Below, in pieces: positions 47,192-57,054 of a stretch of 64,000 nt of DNA. Where the stretch lies: IMG/VR virus record IMGVR_UViG_2974516482_000001, positions 31,225 to 95,224 of that record; one strand, 5' to 3'. The first letter of the stretch is position 1. Every line of letters starts with the position of its first letter. The notes under the pieces are model-generated. The model worked only from the letters and a program-made list of their open reading frames with translations, was not told the origin of the DNA and did not search any database. Position numbers and translations under genes: made by a program. The DNA is from a virus. Taxonomy: Duplodnaviria > Heunggongvirae > Uroviricota > Caudoviricetes > Ackermannviridae.

Positions 47192-47809
47192 ATGGGCAAA
47201 ATCTTTATACCTTCTCACTCAGAAGGTTGTCAAATCGCTGCAAAATTTCTACACAAACAAATGAATTGTGGTGCTGTGTTCGTAGAACCAAATTCATTCG
47301 ATAATCGTGAATCCCCTGACGCCATCGGGTTCAGACCTGGAGGTTGTTCTATATTAATGGAAGTTAAAGTCTCCCGCGCCGACTTCCTGACAGACAAAAA
47401 GAAACCTCATCGCATGAATCCTTCCATAGGCATGGGAGCATATCGTTTCTATGTTTGCCCAGCAGATGTTATTAAAATTGAAGACCTCCCTCCCAAGTGG
47501 GGTTTGTTGTACTTCACCCCTAGAAAATCTTTGAAGCCCGTTCACGTTCCAAATATGCAATATTCCTCTTTGTCTTCACCGGAACATTATGCATCATATT
47601 TGTCTAAATCTTTGGACAAAAGAAGACCTACAGATATCCCTCCTTATCTATTAGGGTACAAACAGATGCTGGAAGAATTCGCCCACTTTGAACGCAATCA
47701 GGTTGCGGAACAAAATATTCTGTATGGGGCTTGGCGACAGCTTTGCATAGCTCAAAGTCGCGGGGTGGATTATAATGTAACAGAAGTGTTCCAGAGGCCA
47801 AACATATGA
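47192..47809 (+). CDS. hypothetical protein with PD-(D/E)xK nuclease-like motif
   Basis: SPDAIGF...ILMEVKVS pattern (PD...EVK). Tentative. Confidence 0.35.
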   Translation: MGKIFIPSHSEGCQIAAKFLHKQMNCGAVFVEPNSFDNRESPDAIGFRPGGCSILMEVKVSRADFLTDKKKPHRMNPSIGMGAYRFYVCPADVIKIEDLPPKWGLLYFTPRKSLKPVHVPNMQYSSLSSPEHYASYLSKSLDKRRPTDIPPYLLGYKQMLEEFAHFERNQVAEQNILYGAWRQLCIAQSRGVDYNVTEVFQRPNI

Positions 47810-47970
47810 ACTATAAAAGGATACATGACTCTATAATTTACAGAGCAGTTAATCGGTCACTGCCTTCGGGATACACAGAGAAACATCATATCATTCCTCT
47901 TTCCATGGGTGGTAAAGAAGACGAAGATTGGATTGTCTTTGTCAAGGAGAACAAACGTGAAATTTCTTGA
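47806..47970 (+). pseudogene. truncated HNH homing-endonuclease remnant (54 aa) overlapping the primase start
   Basis: GYTEKHHIIPLSMGGKEDEDWIV matches the HNH core (YTE+HHIIP+GG), but the ORF ends after 54 codons, inside the primase 5' end. Confidence 0.4.
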
Positions 47971-49021
47971 TGAACAATTTATCAATTATCTAGCCCCAAG
48001 GTTAGAAAAATTTGTCTGGGAAAGAACTGGTTCCGTTGCGAAATTTCGTTGTCCCCTATGTGGTGATTCTCAAAAACACGCCAGCAAACGTCGAGGACAT
48101 TTCTTCTATGACCATGATGAAGATGTGTTTAGATTTAAATGTTTCAATTGCAATGAGATGAGCGGTTGGGCGTTTGAATTCTGGTTGAAGAAGTTTGACG
48201 AGCGTCTGTATAATGAATACAACCTTGAAAAATTCAGGATCATGGGGGATACCAGTTCCCGCCCGTTACAAAAACTCAAACCACTACAGCGCCTGACCCA
48301 GACAGCACGTATCGGTTCTCAGGTCGCCAAACTGGATGAAGAGCACCTTGGGAATATGATACGCCTTGATCTTCTTGACCGTGATCATATCGCCCGTCGT
48401 TACGTTGAAGGCAGGGGAATGCCGGAGAGCACGTTATCTTTGTTGTATTACAGCAGAAATTTTCGTCAAGATCTTCTGAGTTTCGAAACGGATGTTGAGA
48501 AGCAGAAGAAGATACCCGAAGATGAGCGGCTGGTAATCCCATTCTGGACCCAAGACGGGCGCATGAAGATAGTTCAGGGGCGCGCATTCGGCGATAACCT
48601 TCCTGATGGGGTATTACGGTATGCCACTGTCAAGCCTAAGAACGAAGATACTAAGATCTACGGGGAAGAGCGCATCATTTGGAACAAAACAAAGTTGGTA
48701 GTAGAAGGTCCAATTGATAGCTTGTTTCTACCCAATTGTCTTGCGACTGCCGATGCCGACTTATTAAGTGCTAAGGGAGACATCTATATCCCCGATAACC
48801 AATACAGGAACAAACAAGTTTGTGACGGTATACAGAAGATGATAGACAGCGGAGTCAAAGTCGTTCTGTTTCCACCGGAAATACCGTGGAAGGATATCAA
48901 TGATATGGTTCGCCCCGACAAGGGAAATATCCCGATACGTGATCTGCTTCAGATCATAGCCAAGAACGTATATCAGGGACTGTCGGCGTCCTTACGATTT
49001 TCTGACTTGAGGAAGATATGA
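47957..49021 (+). CDS. DNA primase (T4 gp61 family)
   Basis: GTG start behind AAGGAGA. Zinc ribbon FRCPLCGDS...FKCFNCNE. TOPRIM EGPIDSLFLPN. Colinear with T4 gp61. Confidence 0.85.
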   Translation: MKFLDEQFINYLAPRLEKFVWERTGSVAKFRCPLCGDSQKHASKRRGHFFYDHDEDVFRFKCFNCNEMSGWAFEFWLKKFDERLYNEYNLEKFRIMGDTSSRPLQKLKPLQRLTQTARIGSQVAKLDEEHLGNMIRLDLLDRDHIARRYVEGRGMPESTLSLLYYSRNFRQDLLSFETDVEKQKKIPEDERLVIPFWTQDGRMKIVQGRAFGDNLPDGVLRYATVKPKNEDTKIYGEERIIWNKTKLVVEGPIDSLFLPNCLATADADLLSAKGDIYIPDNQYRNKQVCDGIQKMIDSGVKVVLFPPEIPWKDINDMVRPDKGNIPIRDLLQIIAKNVYQGLSASLRFSDLRKI

Positions 49022-49227
49022 TGGATTTAAAAGAACTGAATAGTATGGACGATGAAGAGATTCTTCGCGGGTATATGCAAGCCCGTGAAGGATATGTCCT
49101 ATCTGGTTTAGAATCTAAGAGTTTCATCCATGGTTGGAGGAACGGAATGGTGGACTTCGGCGGTTGTCCTATCTCTGAAGAACAAATGAATTTGGCTCGC
49201 CAGTATTTGAAAAAGAAGCCGACCTAA
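49018..49227 (+). CDS. hypothetical protein (69 aa)
   Basis: ATGA overlap with the primase stop. Confidence 0.35.
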   Translation: MMDLKELNSMDDEEILRGYMQAREGYVLSGLESKSFIHGWRNGMVDFGGCPISEEQMNLARQYLKKKPT

Positions 49228-49320
49228 AACTTTTTAACTCAAAAACCTTCTCTCTAGGCCTCATTCTACGAGGCCTCTTAAAATACTTCAAAAATATTTT
49301 AAAAATTTATTGAAAAAGAC

Positions 49321-49349
49321 TTTACTCTTCAATAATGATGCACTATTAT
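49321..49349 (+). promoter_or_regulatory. early promoter cassette TTTACT-17-TATTAT
   Basis: Same architecture as the other cassettes. Upstream of a strongly codon-biased gene. Confidence 0.4.
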
Positions 49350-49426
49350 AGTTCACATAGGGCGGTACACAACACCCCGCCGAATGAAAAGTGAAACGAC
49401 CCAACTACATTATGAGGAATTACATC

Positions 49427-49915
49427 ATGGCTACTACCAAAACTCTGATCACCAACGGCACCATCTCTTTCGAACTGAACACCGAAGTTGCTAAAGTTGA
49501 AATGTTCCGCATCGCTCAGGCAGCTGGCTTCACTGGTGGCAAAACTTCCTTCATGAACCTGCTGAACGGCAAAGTGAAAGCGACCAACGGCTTCACCCTG
49601 GTAGAGCAGGTTGTGGTTGACAAGGCTGTAGTTGCTAAGACTGCCGACAAAGTTGGCATGCTGAAAGACCTGGGCCACGACATCCATGTTGTCGAAGCGA
49701 ACACCGAAACTTACGGCACCATCGTGGTTGGCAAAGGTCGCATCCAGCTGAACCCGCTGAACAACGGTTCCTTCTCTGTGATGGTCTTCCCTAAGAAAGG
49801 CTACGCAAACGAAGACATCGTGAAAGCCGCTGGCGGTGAAGCGAAATCCCAGTATGTCAAAATGGGTAAACTGACCGCCAAAGACGTTCAGACCCTGGTG
49901 AGCAAACTGGCTTAA
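49427..49915 (+). CDS. hypothetical protein (162 aa), probably highly expressed
   Basis: Extreme bias to GGC/CTG/AAA/ACC codons. GAGGAattacatcATG. Strong terminator follows. Confidence 0.55.
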   Translation: MATTKTLITNGTISFELNTEVAKVEMFRIAQAAGFTGGKTSFMNLLNGKVKATNGFTLVEQVVVDKAVVAKTADKVGMLKDLGHDIHVVEANTETYGTIVVGKGRIQLNPLNNGSFSVMVFPKKGYANEDIVKAAGGEAKSQYVKMGKLTAKDVQTLVSKLA

Positions 49916-49918
49916 TCG

Positions 49919-49956
49919 AAAGGGGGAGGAAACTCCCCTCCTTATTCAGATTTTTT
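49919..49956 (+). terminator. rho-independent terminator
   Basis: gggggagg-aaact-cccctcc plus T-rich tail. Confidence 0.6.
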
Positions 49957-49970
49957 GGTAGGAGACCATC

Positions 49971-50159
49971 ATGTCACGCGCTGTCATCCAAGCCTCTTCA
50001 GGCGCTCTCTGGGTTGCCGACCGCATCCCGAACAAAGTCTTCCCTCAGTTCCAAGAAGAACTCGAGCAGGCGATGTTAGCAGTCCTGGAAAAATACGGGT
50101 ACGACACTGAAGTTCGTACGTCCTTCAACGAAGTCATGCCTGTGGTGGTAGCAAGATGA
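49971..50159 (+). CDS. hypothetical protein (62 aa)
   Basis: AGGAGAccatcATG. Confidence 0.35.
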   Translation: MSRAVIQASSGALWVADRIPNKVFPQFQEELEQAMLAVLEKYGYDTEVRTSFNEVMPVVVAR

Positions 50160-50434
50160 AAATGACTAACATTGAATTGATCAGGCAGGCTAAATGGGAT
50201 TTGAAAGTATCGTTAGGACACGATGACTGGCTTGTATTGATGAATATCGAAGGGCGAGACATCAAGATGGGGCGTTCTGGGGTTCTGTTAACATACCATC
50301 AAACCACCAAACGCTGGTCGGCTCATATCGTCGGGATCCCTCTAGAGGTGAGATCCGAACCTTCGGCAGCAGAAGCATATATCCGACTTCGCCATATGGT
50401 CGAGAAAATATCGCACTTCTTATCTGGAATGTAA
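50156..50434 (+). CDS. hypothetical protein (92 aa)
   Basis: ATGA overlap with the upstream ORF. Confidence 0.4.
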   Translation: MKMTNIELIRQAKWDLKVSLGHDDWLVLMNIEGRDIKMGRSGVLLTYHQTTKRWSAHIVGIPLEVRSEPSAAEAYIRLRHMVEKISHFLSGM

Positions 50435-50494
50435 TCCTCAAGTAGTTCACTTTCACTTTAAATACCTTAGCATTCATTGCGGAGGTATTTTCTT

Positions 50495-51289
50495 ATGGCC
50501 ATTCTAAAACTTGGCAACCGTGGCACTGAAGTGAAGGCACTTCAGGACAGCCTCAACAAAATCGGCTTCACTCTCGTCGCCGACGGCATCTTTGGTAAGG
50601 CAACAGAGAACGCCGTCAAGACCGTTCAGGCGGGTGCGGGGCTTGTCATTGATGGTATCGTAGGTCCAAAGACCTCCTATGCTATTCGCAACGCCGGAGA
50701 CGCTCATCAGGAACATCTGACCGAAGCGGACTTGGTTGACGCAGCACGTGAACTTGGTGTTGAGCTGGCCAGTATGAAAGCTGTGAATCAGGTAGAATCC
50801 CGTGGCACGGGTTTTACCAAAACTGGCAAGATCAAAACTCTGTTTGAGCGCCACATCATGTACAAAAAGGTGACGGCCAAATTCGGGCAAGCAAGAGCCA
50901 ATGCTCTGTACCAACTCTATCCAACATTGGTTAACCCCAATTCTGGCGGGTATATCGGCGGAGACGCGGAGTTGGAACGCCTTCAGGGTGCAATCGCCCT
51001 TGACGAGGACTGCGCTTACGAGAGTGCTTCCTACGGCCTATTCCAGATCATGGGGTTCAACTGCCAAATCTGTGGCTATTCAAATGCCAAAGAGATGTTC
51101 ACTGATTTCCTGACTGGTGAACGCGCTCACCTTCTGGCATTTGTCAAGTTCATCAAGGCAGATGCCAATATGTGGAAAGCCCTGAAGAACAAGAATTGGG
51201 CCGAGTTTGCTCGTCGGTACAATGGTCCGGCATATGCGAAAAACCAGTATGATACTAAACTGGCGGCAGCATACAAGAGTTTCTGCTAA
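50495..51289 (+). CDS. endolysin: N-terminal peptidoglycan-binding domain plus muramidase-like (DUF3380-type) catalytic domain
   Basis: LQDSLNKIGF...DGIFGKATENAVKTVQ and a second DGIVGPKTSYAI PG_binding_1 repeat. C-terminal domain resembles phage N-acetylmuramidase-family endolysins. Confidence 0.7.
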   Translation: MAILKLGNRGTEVKALQDSLNKIGFTLVADGIFGKATENAVKTVQAGAGLVIDGIVGPKTSYAIRNAGDAHQEHLTEADLVDAARELGVELASMKAVNQVESRGTGFTKTGKIKTLFERHIMYKKVTAKFGQARANALYQLYPTLVNPNSGGYIGGDAELERLQGAIALDEDCAYESASYGLFQIMGFNCQICGYSNAKEMFTDFLTGERAHLLAFVKFIKADANMWKALKNKNWAEFARRYNGPAYAKNQYDTKLAAAYKSFC

Positions 51290-51295
51290 TTCTCA

Positions 51296-51319
51296 AGGCC
51301 GGAAACGGCCTTTTTCTTT
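51296..51319 (+). terminator. rho-independent terminator
   Basis: aggccg-gaaa-cggcct-ttttcttt. Confidence 0.6.
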
Positions 51320-51396
51320 ATCTGATATACAGGTATGCTGGACGTGTCGCTTAATTAAAGGTGTCGACAACCCCTGTAGATATAGGAAGGTTCAAC

Positions 51397-52236
51397 ATGC
51401 AATCTGCGTCTAAAGTTGTATCCATGAAGCCAGCGAAGACAAAATCTGCTCGTAAGAAAGACACCATCCAGAAAGAAGAAGACTGGATGAAGTTTTCCAA
51501 AGGCGATTTCAAAATTGCTCCGTTCAATGGCCTCTCAGAAAATCAGAACCTCGCATATCAATCCGCATTAAACGAACACCTCACTATCGCAATCGGTCCG
51601 GCAGGTACAGGCAAATCCTATTGCGGTGCATCTGCTGCAGCAAAACATCTGATAGACAAAACAATCAACAAGATCATCATCACACGTTCTCCCCTTCCAA
51701 CTGGTACCACAGCAGGGTTCCGGCCTGGTGACACATATGAAAAGCTGATGCCTTATTTGATGCCGCTCATACAGACATTTAAAAAGGTTCTCAAAACAGA
51801 TACGGGTTCCGACGGTTTCTTCAACTATCTGTGGGAGAAACGCATCATAGAAATTCAAGACCTTGAAACTGTAAAGGGGATGACTTTCGATGATTGTTTC
51901 CTGATTATTGAAGAAGCACAGGAATGTGATATGGAGCAGCTGAAAAACTTGTTGACTCGTGCTTCAGATTCTTCGTACATCTTCGTGAATGGAGATATCA
52001 AACAGTCTAACAAGCGACTGCGTGACAGTGCGTTACAGACGTATGTGGATTCCTTTAAAGACTTCAACAATAAGCTGGAAACAGGTTCCTTGCAAATTGA
52101 CGGTGTAGAAATCGGAGATGAATATCCAGAGTGGGTTCAACCATTCAGCATCATCGAATTCGATAAGTCTGATCGTAATGGTCGCGGCAACTTCACCCGC
52201 CTGATGTTAGAAATTAACGACCTGTACAACATTTAA
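51397..52236 (+). CDS. phoH: PhoH-like ATPase
   Basis: Walker A IAIGPAGTGKSY. PhoH-family length and layout. Confidence 0.8.
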   Translation: MQSASKVVSMKPAKTKSARKKDTIQKEEDWMKFSKGDFKIAPFNGLSENQNLAYQSALNEHLTIAIGPAGTGKSYCGASAAAKHLIDKTINKIIITRSPLPTGTTAGFRPGDTYEKLMPYLMPLIQTFKKVLKTDTGSDGFFNYLWEKRIIEIQDLETVKGMTFDDCFLIIEEAQECDMEQLKNLLTRASDSSYIFVNGDIKQSNKRLRDSALQTYVDSFKDFNNKLETGSLQIDGVEIGDEYPEWVQPFSIIEFDKSDRNGRGNFTRLMLEINDLYNI

Positions 52237-52320
52237 ATACCACACGAACTTCCCCGCCGCCTTCAATCCATGGAGGCGGTGTATAATAACAGCCTGCATA
52301 AACACAAACCGAGGATCGCT

Positions 52321-55300
52321 ATGATTAAAATCATAAAGCGGGACGGATCTTCTGTCCCCTTTGACATTGAAAAACTCCATACCGTTATTGAACGAGCATG
52401 TGACGGCCTTGAAGGAGTATCGGTGTCTGAGGTGGAAGCTGCATCGAAGATTCAATTCACCGATAACATGAAAACCGAACGCATTCAGGATATCATTATC
52501 CAAGCTGCGGCCACCTTAATTTCTGTTGATAAACCCAATTATCAATATGTTGCTGCCCGCCTGAAGTCGTATGACCTGCGAAAGGTTGTCTATGGTCAGT
52601 ACAAGCCACCTCATTTGCTGGATATTTTTGCAAAGAACACCAAGCTGGGTGTTTATGACCGCGAATTCCTCGAACTTTACTCTAAAGAAGAATTCGAAGA
52701 ACTTAACACAGTCATCAACCACAAACGCGACAAGAATTTCACTTGGGCAGCAATGGGCCAGCTGACTCAAAAATATCTTTTGCGTGATCGTTCTTCTGAC
52801 AGCAAAGTGTATTATGAAACCCCTCAAGTCATGTACATGGCAATCGCTATGGCATTATTCTCAGCGTGGGATAAAGAAAGCAGACTGACAATGGTGAAGA
52901 AGTTCTATGAATACGCCAGTACAGGCAAATTCAGTCTTCCAACACCTATTATGTCCGGCGTCCGCACCCCGACCCGACAGTTCAGCTCTTGTGTATTGAT
53001 CAAAACTGGTGACACATTGGACTCAATTAATACCACTGCGAAAAGCATCGTGGATTATGTTTCCAAACGTGCTGGCATCGGATTCGATGTTGGGGCAATT
53101 CGTGGCATCGGCAGCCCTATCCGTAAAGGGGAAATGGTCCATACAGGTCTGGTTCCATTCATCAAGTATTTGACTGGTGCCCTGAAGTCTTGCTCTCAAG
53201 GCGGTATCCGTGGTGGATCGGCAACATGCTATGTTCCCATCTGGCATTATCAATTTGATGATGTCGTTGTTCTCAAAAACAACCGTGGATTGGAAGAGAA
53301 CCGTGAACGCCGTATCGACTATGGGATTCAGATTAACCGCGTCATGTTCGAGCGCCTGGTGAACAAACAGCCTCTATACCTGTTTGATCCAAAAGACAAC
53401 CGCGAAATGTATGAAGCATTTTTCGCAGACGTCAATAAATTCCGCGAAATGTACGACAATATGATCAAGGCCGCCGACGCCGGATTATGTCGTTCCAAAA
53501 AGCTGCAAGCTGAAGAAGTGTTCCAAATGCTACTAGACCAGCGTTCTGACACTGGCCGGATCTACATCGCATTCGTTGATCACATGAACGAGTATAGTCC
53601 GTTCAACCTCGACACCATCTACAGCTCCAACCTATGCTTTACAGGTGAAACCATGGTGGCTGTCGCGGATGGTCGTAACATGGTAAGCATCAAAGAACTG
53701 GCCGATTGGTCTGGGTATGACAAGAAGTTCCCTGTGTATTCCGCTCGTCCTTCCAAAAGGAATGACGGTACGTGGGTGTCTGAAATCAAGATGGCCAAGG
53801 CAACCAAAACTGGGATTCGTGAAGTTGTGGAAGTACTGTTGAGCAATGGGCAGTCATTCCGTTGCACCCCAGATCACCCGCTGGCACTTTCGGACGCTCG
53901 TGGTAATTATCCATACGTCCAAGCACAGCATGCTATTGGTCAGAAACTGAAAGGTTTCTACACCACGATGTCAGAGAACAAATATCGACGCATCAACAGC
54001 GTCAGCAACGGATTGTCGAACCAACACAGAATGATCTATGAGTTTTACAATGGTCCTCTGGATTCTGGTAATCATATTGATCATATCGTTGATGACGCTG
54101 TTGTCTTGGATGAAATTAGCAATCTCCGTTCCATCCCAGCGGAAGACAACTTCGCCAAGAAATCGGCGTCTATGTCAGGCGTAGGCAATCCAAGCAACCC
54201 TGCTGTGAAAGCAAACAAAGTCCGTGCTGCGCACAACTGCTCTGCGCGTACTTCTATGGAAAGAAACCCTAAGTTCAAGGGTATGAGCAACCAAGACATC
54301 CTCGATCTTGCTTGGGAAATGAAGGACAACGGAGAAATGGTTACTTTACCGAGAATGGTTAAGAAATCACCGTTCATGCCAAATTCTTTCAGCAAAAACC
54401 GATTTGGTGGTAAGTTCTCCAACCTCACGAACATGCTGGATGCTGGAGTCAGAACTATTGAACCATTTGAACACAAAGAGAAATTGGTTGTTTCAAACGT
54501 TTCTCGCGAATCTCCTATGGAAGACCCAACTGTTGTTTCTATCACCCCTGCTGGAGTGGAGGATGTGTATGATCTGACAGTTGATGACAACCACAATTTC
54601 TTTATCGTGACCAATGGAGACCCTCTGAGTAGCGAAGGCATTTTGGTACATAACTGTCTAGAAATCGCGCTCCCGACTCGTGAGTTCCAACAGTATGATG
54701 ATGAAGATGGTCGCATTGCCCTATGTACACTCGCATCATTTAACCTGACGGCATTTGAAGATCCAACAGAAATGGAAGATGTTGCTTTCGTTCTGGTTTC
54801 AGCTTTGGATATGTTGTTGGAATATCAGGACTATCCAGCTCGCCAAGCCCGTTTGGCCGTAGAAGAATATCGTCCTCTGGGTATCGGTATCGTCAACGTC
54901 GCACATTTCCTGGCCAAGAATTTCACGGGTTATGGATCGCCTATCGGATTAGAACTTCTAGACAAGTGGATGGCGCATCTTCATTTCTACTTGGTCAAAG
55001 CGTCCAACCGTCTGGCCATGCGTTTCGGATCTTGTAAGAAGTCAACTATCCATGATTCTGGATTTGTGACAGCCGACCTTCAGCCTCTCCCGCTGGACAT
55101 CCTACCCAATGGCAAAAAGCCTGTTGGGCAAGCCTATGGTCTTGACTGGGAAGGTCTGAAGCAGAACCTATCCGAGTATGGGATCCGTAACGCCACGTTG
55201 TTAGCCGTAGCACCAACTGAAAGCTCCTCTCAGGTGCTGAACGCAACGAACGGTATAGAGCCACCAAAAGGTCTCATCAGCATCAAAGGCAGCAAGGACG

Positions 55301-55620
55301 GCGTCTATAAACAGATCGTTCCGGATGTAGAAACCCTTGGTCCTCTATATGACCTGAAATGGAATCTGGATTGTATTGAATACCTGAAGACGGCGGCGGT
55401 CATACAACGTTGGGTAGATCAATCCATCAGCACCAACACATGGTATGACCCAGAGAAATATCCAGAAGGCAAGATCCCGCGCTCTCTTATGATGCAGGAT
55501 ATTCTGTCTTTCTACATGTGGGGTGGTAAAACTCTGTATTACAACACCAACAAAGACTCCAAGGAAGACGAGGAGTTGAAACAAATTGAAGAACCTGGTT
55601 GTGAGAGTTGTGTTGTTTGA
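52321..55620 (+). CDS. nrdA: ribonucleotide reductase class I alpha subunit NrdA, interrupted by an in-frame intein (53635-54654)
   Basis: ATP cone at the N-terminus. Active-site SSNL|C...HN|CLEIALPT is split by a 340-aa insertion. Extein about 759 aa. Confidence 0.85.
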   Translation: MIKIIKRDGSSVPFDIEKLHTVIERACDGLEGVSVSEVEAASKIQFTDNMKTERIQDIIIQAAATLISVDKPNYQYVAARLKSYDLRKVVYGQYKPPHLLDIFAKNTKLGVYDREFLELYSKEEFEELNTVINHKRDKNFTWAAMGQLTQKYLLRDRSSDSKVYYETPQVMYMAIAMALFSAWDKESRLTMVKKFYEYASTGKFSLPTPIMSGVRTPTRQFSSCVLIKTGDTLDSINTTAKSIVDYVSKRAGIGFDVGAIRGIGSPIRKGEMVHTGLVPFIKYLTGALKSCSQGGIRGGSATCYVPIWHYQFDDVVVLKNNRGLEENRERRIDYGIQINRVMFERLVNKQPLYLFDPKDNREMYEAFFADVNKFREMYDNMIKAADAGLCRSKKLQAEEVFQMLLDQRSDTGRIYIAFVDHMNEYSPFNLDTIYSSNLCFTGETMVAVADGRNMVSIKELADWSGYDKKFPVYSARPSKRNDGTWVSEIKMAKATKTGIREVVEVLLSNGQSFRCTPDHPLALSDARGNYPYVQAQHAIGQKLKGFYTTMSENKYRRINSVSNGLSNQHRMIYEFYNGPLDSGNHIDHIVDDAVVLDEISNLRSIPAEDNFAKKSASMSGVGNPSNPAVKANKVRAAHNCSARTSMERNPKFKGMSNQDILDLAWEMKDNGEMVTLPRMVKKSPFMPNSFSKNRFGGKFSNLTNMLDAGVRTIEPFEHKEKLVVSNVSRESPMEDPTVVSITPAGVEDVYDLTVDDNHNFFIVTNGDPLSSEGILVHNCLEIALPTREFQQYDDEDGRIALCTLASFNLTAFEDPTEMEDVAFVLVSALDMLLEYQDYPARQARLAVEEYRPLGIGIVNVAHFLAKNFTGYGSPIGLELLDKWMAHLHFYLVKASNRLAMRFGSCKKSTIHDSGFVTADLQPLPLDILPNGKKPVGQAYGLDWEGLKQNLSEYGIRNATLLAVAPTESSSQVLNATNGIEPPKGLISIKGSKDGVYKQIVPDVETLGPLYDLKWNLDCIEYLKTAAVIQRWVDQSISTNTWYDPEKYPEGKIPRSLMMQDILSFYMWGGKTLYYNTNKDSKEDEELKQIEEPGCESCVV
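53635..54654 (+). mobile_element. intein with HNH homing-endonuclease domain inserted at the catalytic Cys of NrdA
   Basis: Begins CFTGETMV (block A). TPDHP (block B). Internal HNH-like NHIDHIVDD...N. Ends DDNHNFFIV...ILVHN (blocks F/G) followed by +1 Cys. Confidence 0.75.
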
Positions 55621-55652
55621 TTAGGTCTATACCACACAATCGTTTAATATCA

Positions 55653-55680
55653 GGGGTGATTCGTCACCCCTTATTCATCA
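55653..55680 (+). terminator. hairpin between nrdA and nrdB (terminator/attenuator)
   Basis: aggggtga-ttcg-tcacccct followed by tattcatc, 10 nt before the nrdB SD. Confidence 0.4.
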
Positions 55681-55690
55681 GGAAAGAAAC

Positions 55691-56794
55691 ATGAACGAAC
55701 AAAAGCAATTTTCAGTATTTGACCCATCTTCAGATAATACAGGTTTGCCGTTCTTTGGCGACCCTGTAAGTATCCAGCGTTATGACAAAGTGGCTTGGCC
55801 TTTTGTTCAAAAATGGTATGAAAAAGGCCTCAGCCAATTCTGGCGTCCGGAAGAAGTGGATGTCACCAAAGACAAAGCGGACTTTGCCACTCTATCCGCT
55901 GCGGAACAACACATCTACTTCAGCAACCTGAAACGCCAAACCATGCTGGACTCTATTCAAGGCGCTGCTCCATTCGAAGCGTTTGGCCCATGGGCATCAA
56001 CACCAGAAGCGCAATTTGCTATTCTGGAGTGGACGCGCCAAGAAGCCATCCACTCACTATCTTATACGCATATCCTTCGTAACACAGTGAATGATCCTGG
56101 TATCGTTTTTGACCATGTTCTGGACGTTCAGGAGATCGTCGATTGCGCCGGACAGATCAGCGTATACTACGACGACATGGTGCGTTACAGCGGGATGCGT
56201 ATGGCTGGACGCGCGTTCACCCGTGAAGACATCATGAACGCCAAGCGTGCATTCTGGCGTGCTCTGTTTGCTGCTAACTCCCTCGAAGGCGTCCGTTTCT
56301 ATGTTTCATTTGCGTGTTCTTGGGCATTCATGCAATTCCTTAACAAAATGGAAGGCAACGCTAAAATCATCCGTCAGATTGCTCGTGATGAGCAAGATCA
56401 CCTCATCCTGACCCAGACTTTCCTGAACCGTCTGCCGCTGTTGGACCCTGATTTTGCCATTATTAGAGAAGAACTGCGCGGCGAAATGACCCAGGTGTAT
56501 GTCGACGTCGTCAACCAAGAAAAAGAATGGGCGAATTATCTGTTCAAAGACGGCTCAATGCTGGGACTGAATGCAAATATCCTTCATCAAATGGTGGACT
56601 GGTTGGCAACACATCGTATGGGAGCCATTGGCCACCCATATCCAGGACAAGCCCGTAAAGACAATCCGGTGCCATGGATAAATGAGTGGCTAGATAATAA
56701 AACAATGCAATATGCATTACAGGAAGCGGAAGCCCCTGATTATCTGACTGGTGTCCTTACTGGATCAGTCTCCGACGGTCTGAAATTTGCCTAA
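55691..56794 (+). CDS. nrdB: ribonucleotide reductase beta subunit NrdB
   Basis: Ferritin-like diiron ligand segments (EAIHSLSY, NSLEGVRFY, EQDHL). 367 aa. Confidence 0.85.
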   Translation: MNEQKQFSVFDPSSDNTGLPFFGDPVSIQRYDKVAWPFVQKWYEKGLSQFWRPEEVDVTKDKADFATLSAAEQHIYFSNLKRQTMLDSIQGAAPFEAFGPWASTPEAQFAILEWTRQEAIHSLSYTHILRNTVNDPGIVFDHVLDVQEIVDCAGQISVYYDDMVRYSGMRMAGRAFTREDIMNAKRAFWRALFAANSLEGVRFYVSFACSWAFMQFLNKMEGNAKIIRQIARDEQDHLILTQTFLNRLPLLDPDFAIIREELRGEMTQVYVDVVNQEKEWANYLFKDGSMLGLNANILHQMVDWLATHRMGAIGHPYPGQARKDNPVPWINEWLDNKTMQYALQEAEAPDYLTGVLTGSVSDGLKFA

Positions 56795-56803
56795 AGGTGA
56801 GAA

Positions 56804-57028
56804 ATGATTACGATTTATTCCAAACAAGGTTGTGCGCAATGTTTACAAGCTGAAAACATCTGTCGCATTCGCGGTATTGAACACCAAATTCTGAAGCTAG
56901 ACAAAGACTACAAGCTGGAAGAATTACAGAAAATCACTGGTAAGCAACGCATGTCTATGCCCGTGATTGTTCTGGCTGACCAAACCGTGACCGACGTTAC
57001 TGGACTCGCCGCAAGTTTGAAACGCTGA
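56804..57028 (+). CDS. glutaredoxin-like protein (NrdH/Grx family)
   Basis: N-terminal IYSKQGCAQC CxxC motif. 74 aa. Directly after nrdB. Confidence 0.65.
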   Translation: MITIYSKQGCAQCLQAENICRIRGIEHQILKLDKDYKLEELQKITGKQRMSMPVIVLADQTVTDVTGLAASLKR

Positions 57029-57054
57029 TCTTTCAAAGCCCCTAACCCAGGGGC

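Noticed and set aside
55621-55690. Group I intron or homing-endonuclease insertion in nrdB, as in T4
   Set aside because: The nrdB ORF (55691-56794) is continuous, full length (367 aa) and contains all iron-ligand motifs. The nrdA-nrdB spacer is only 70 nt with a simple hairpin.
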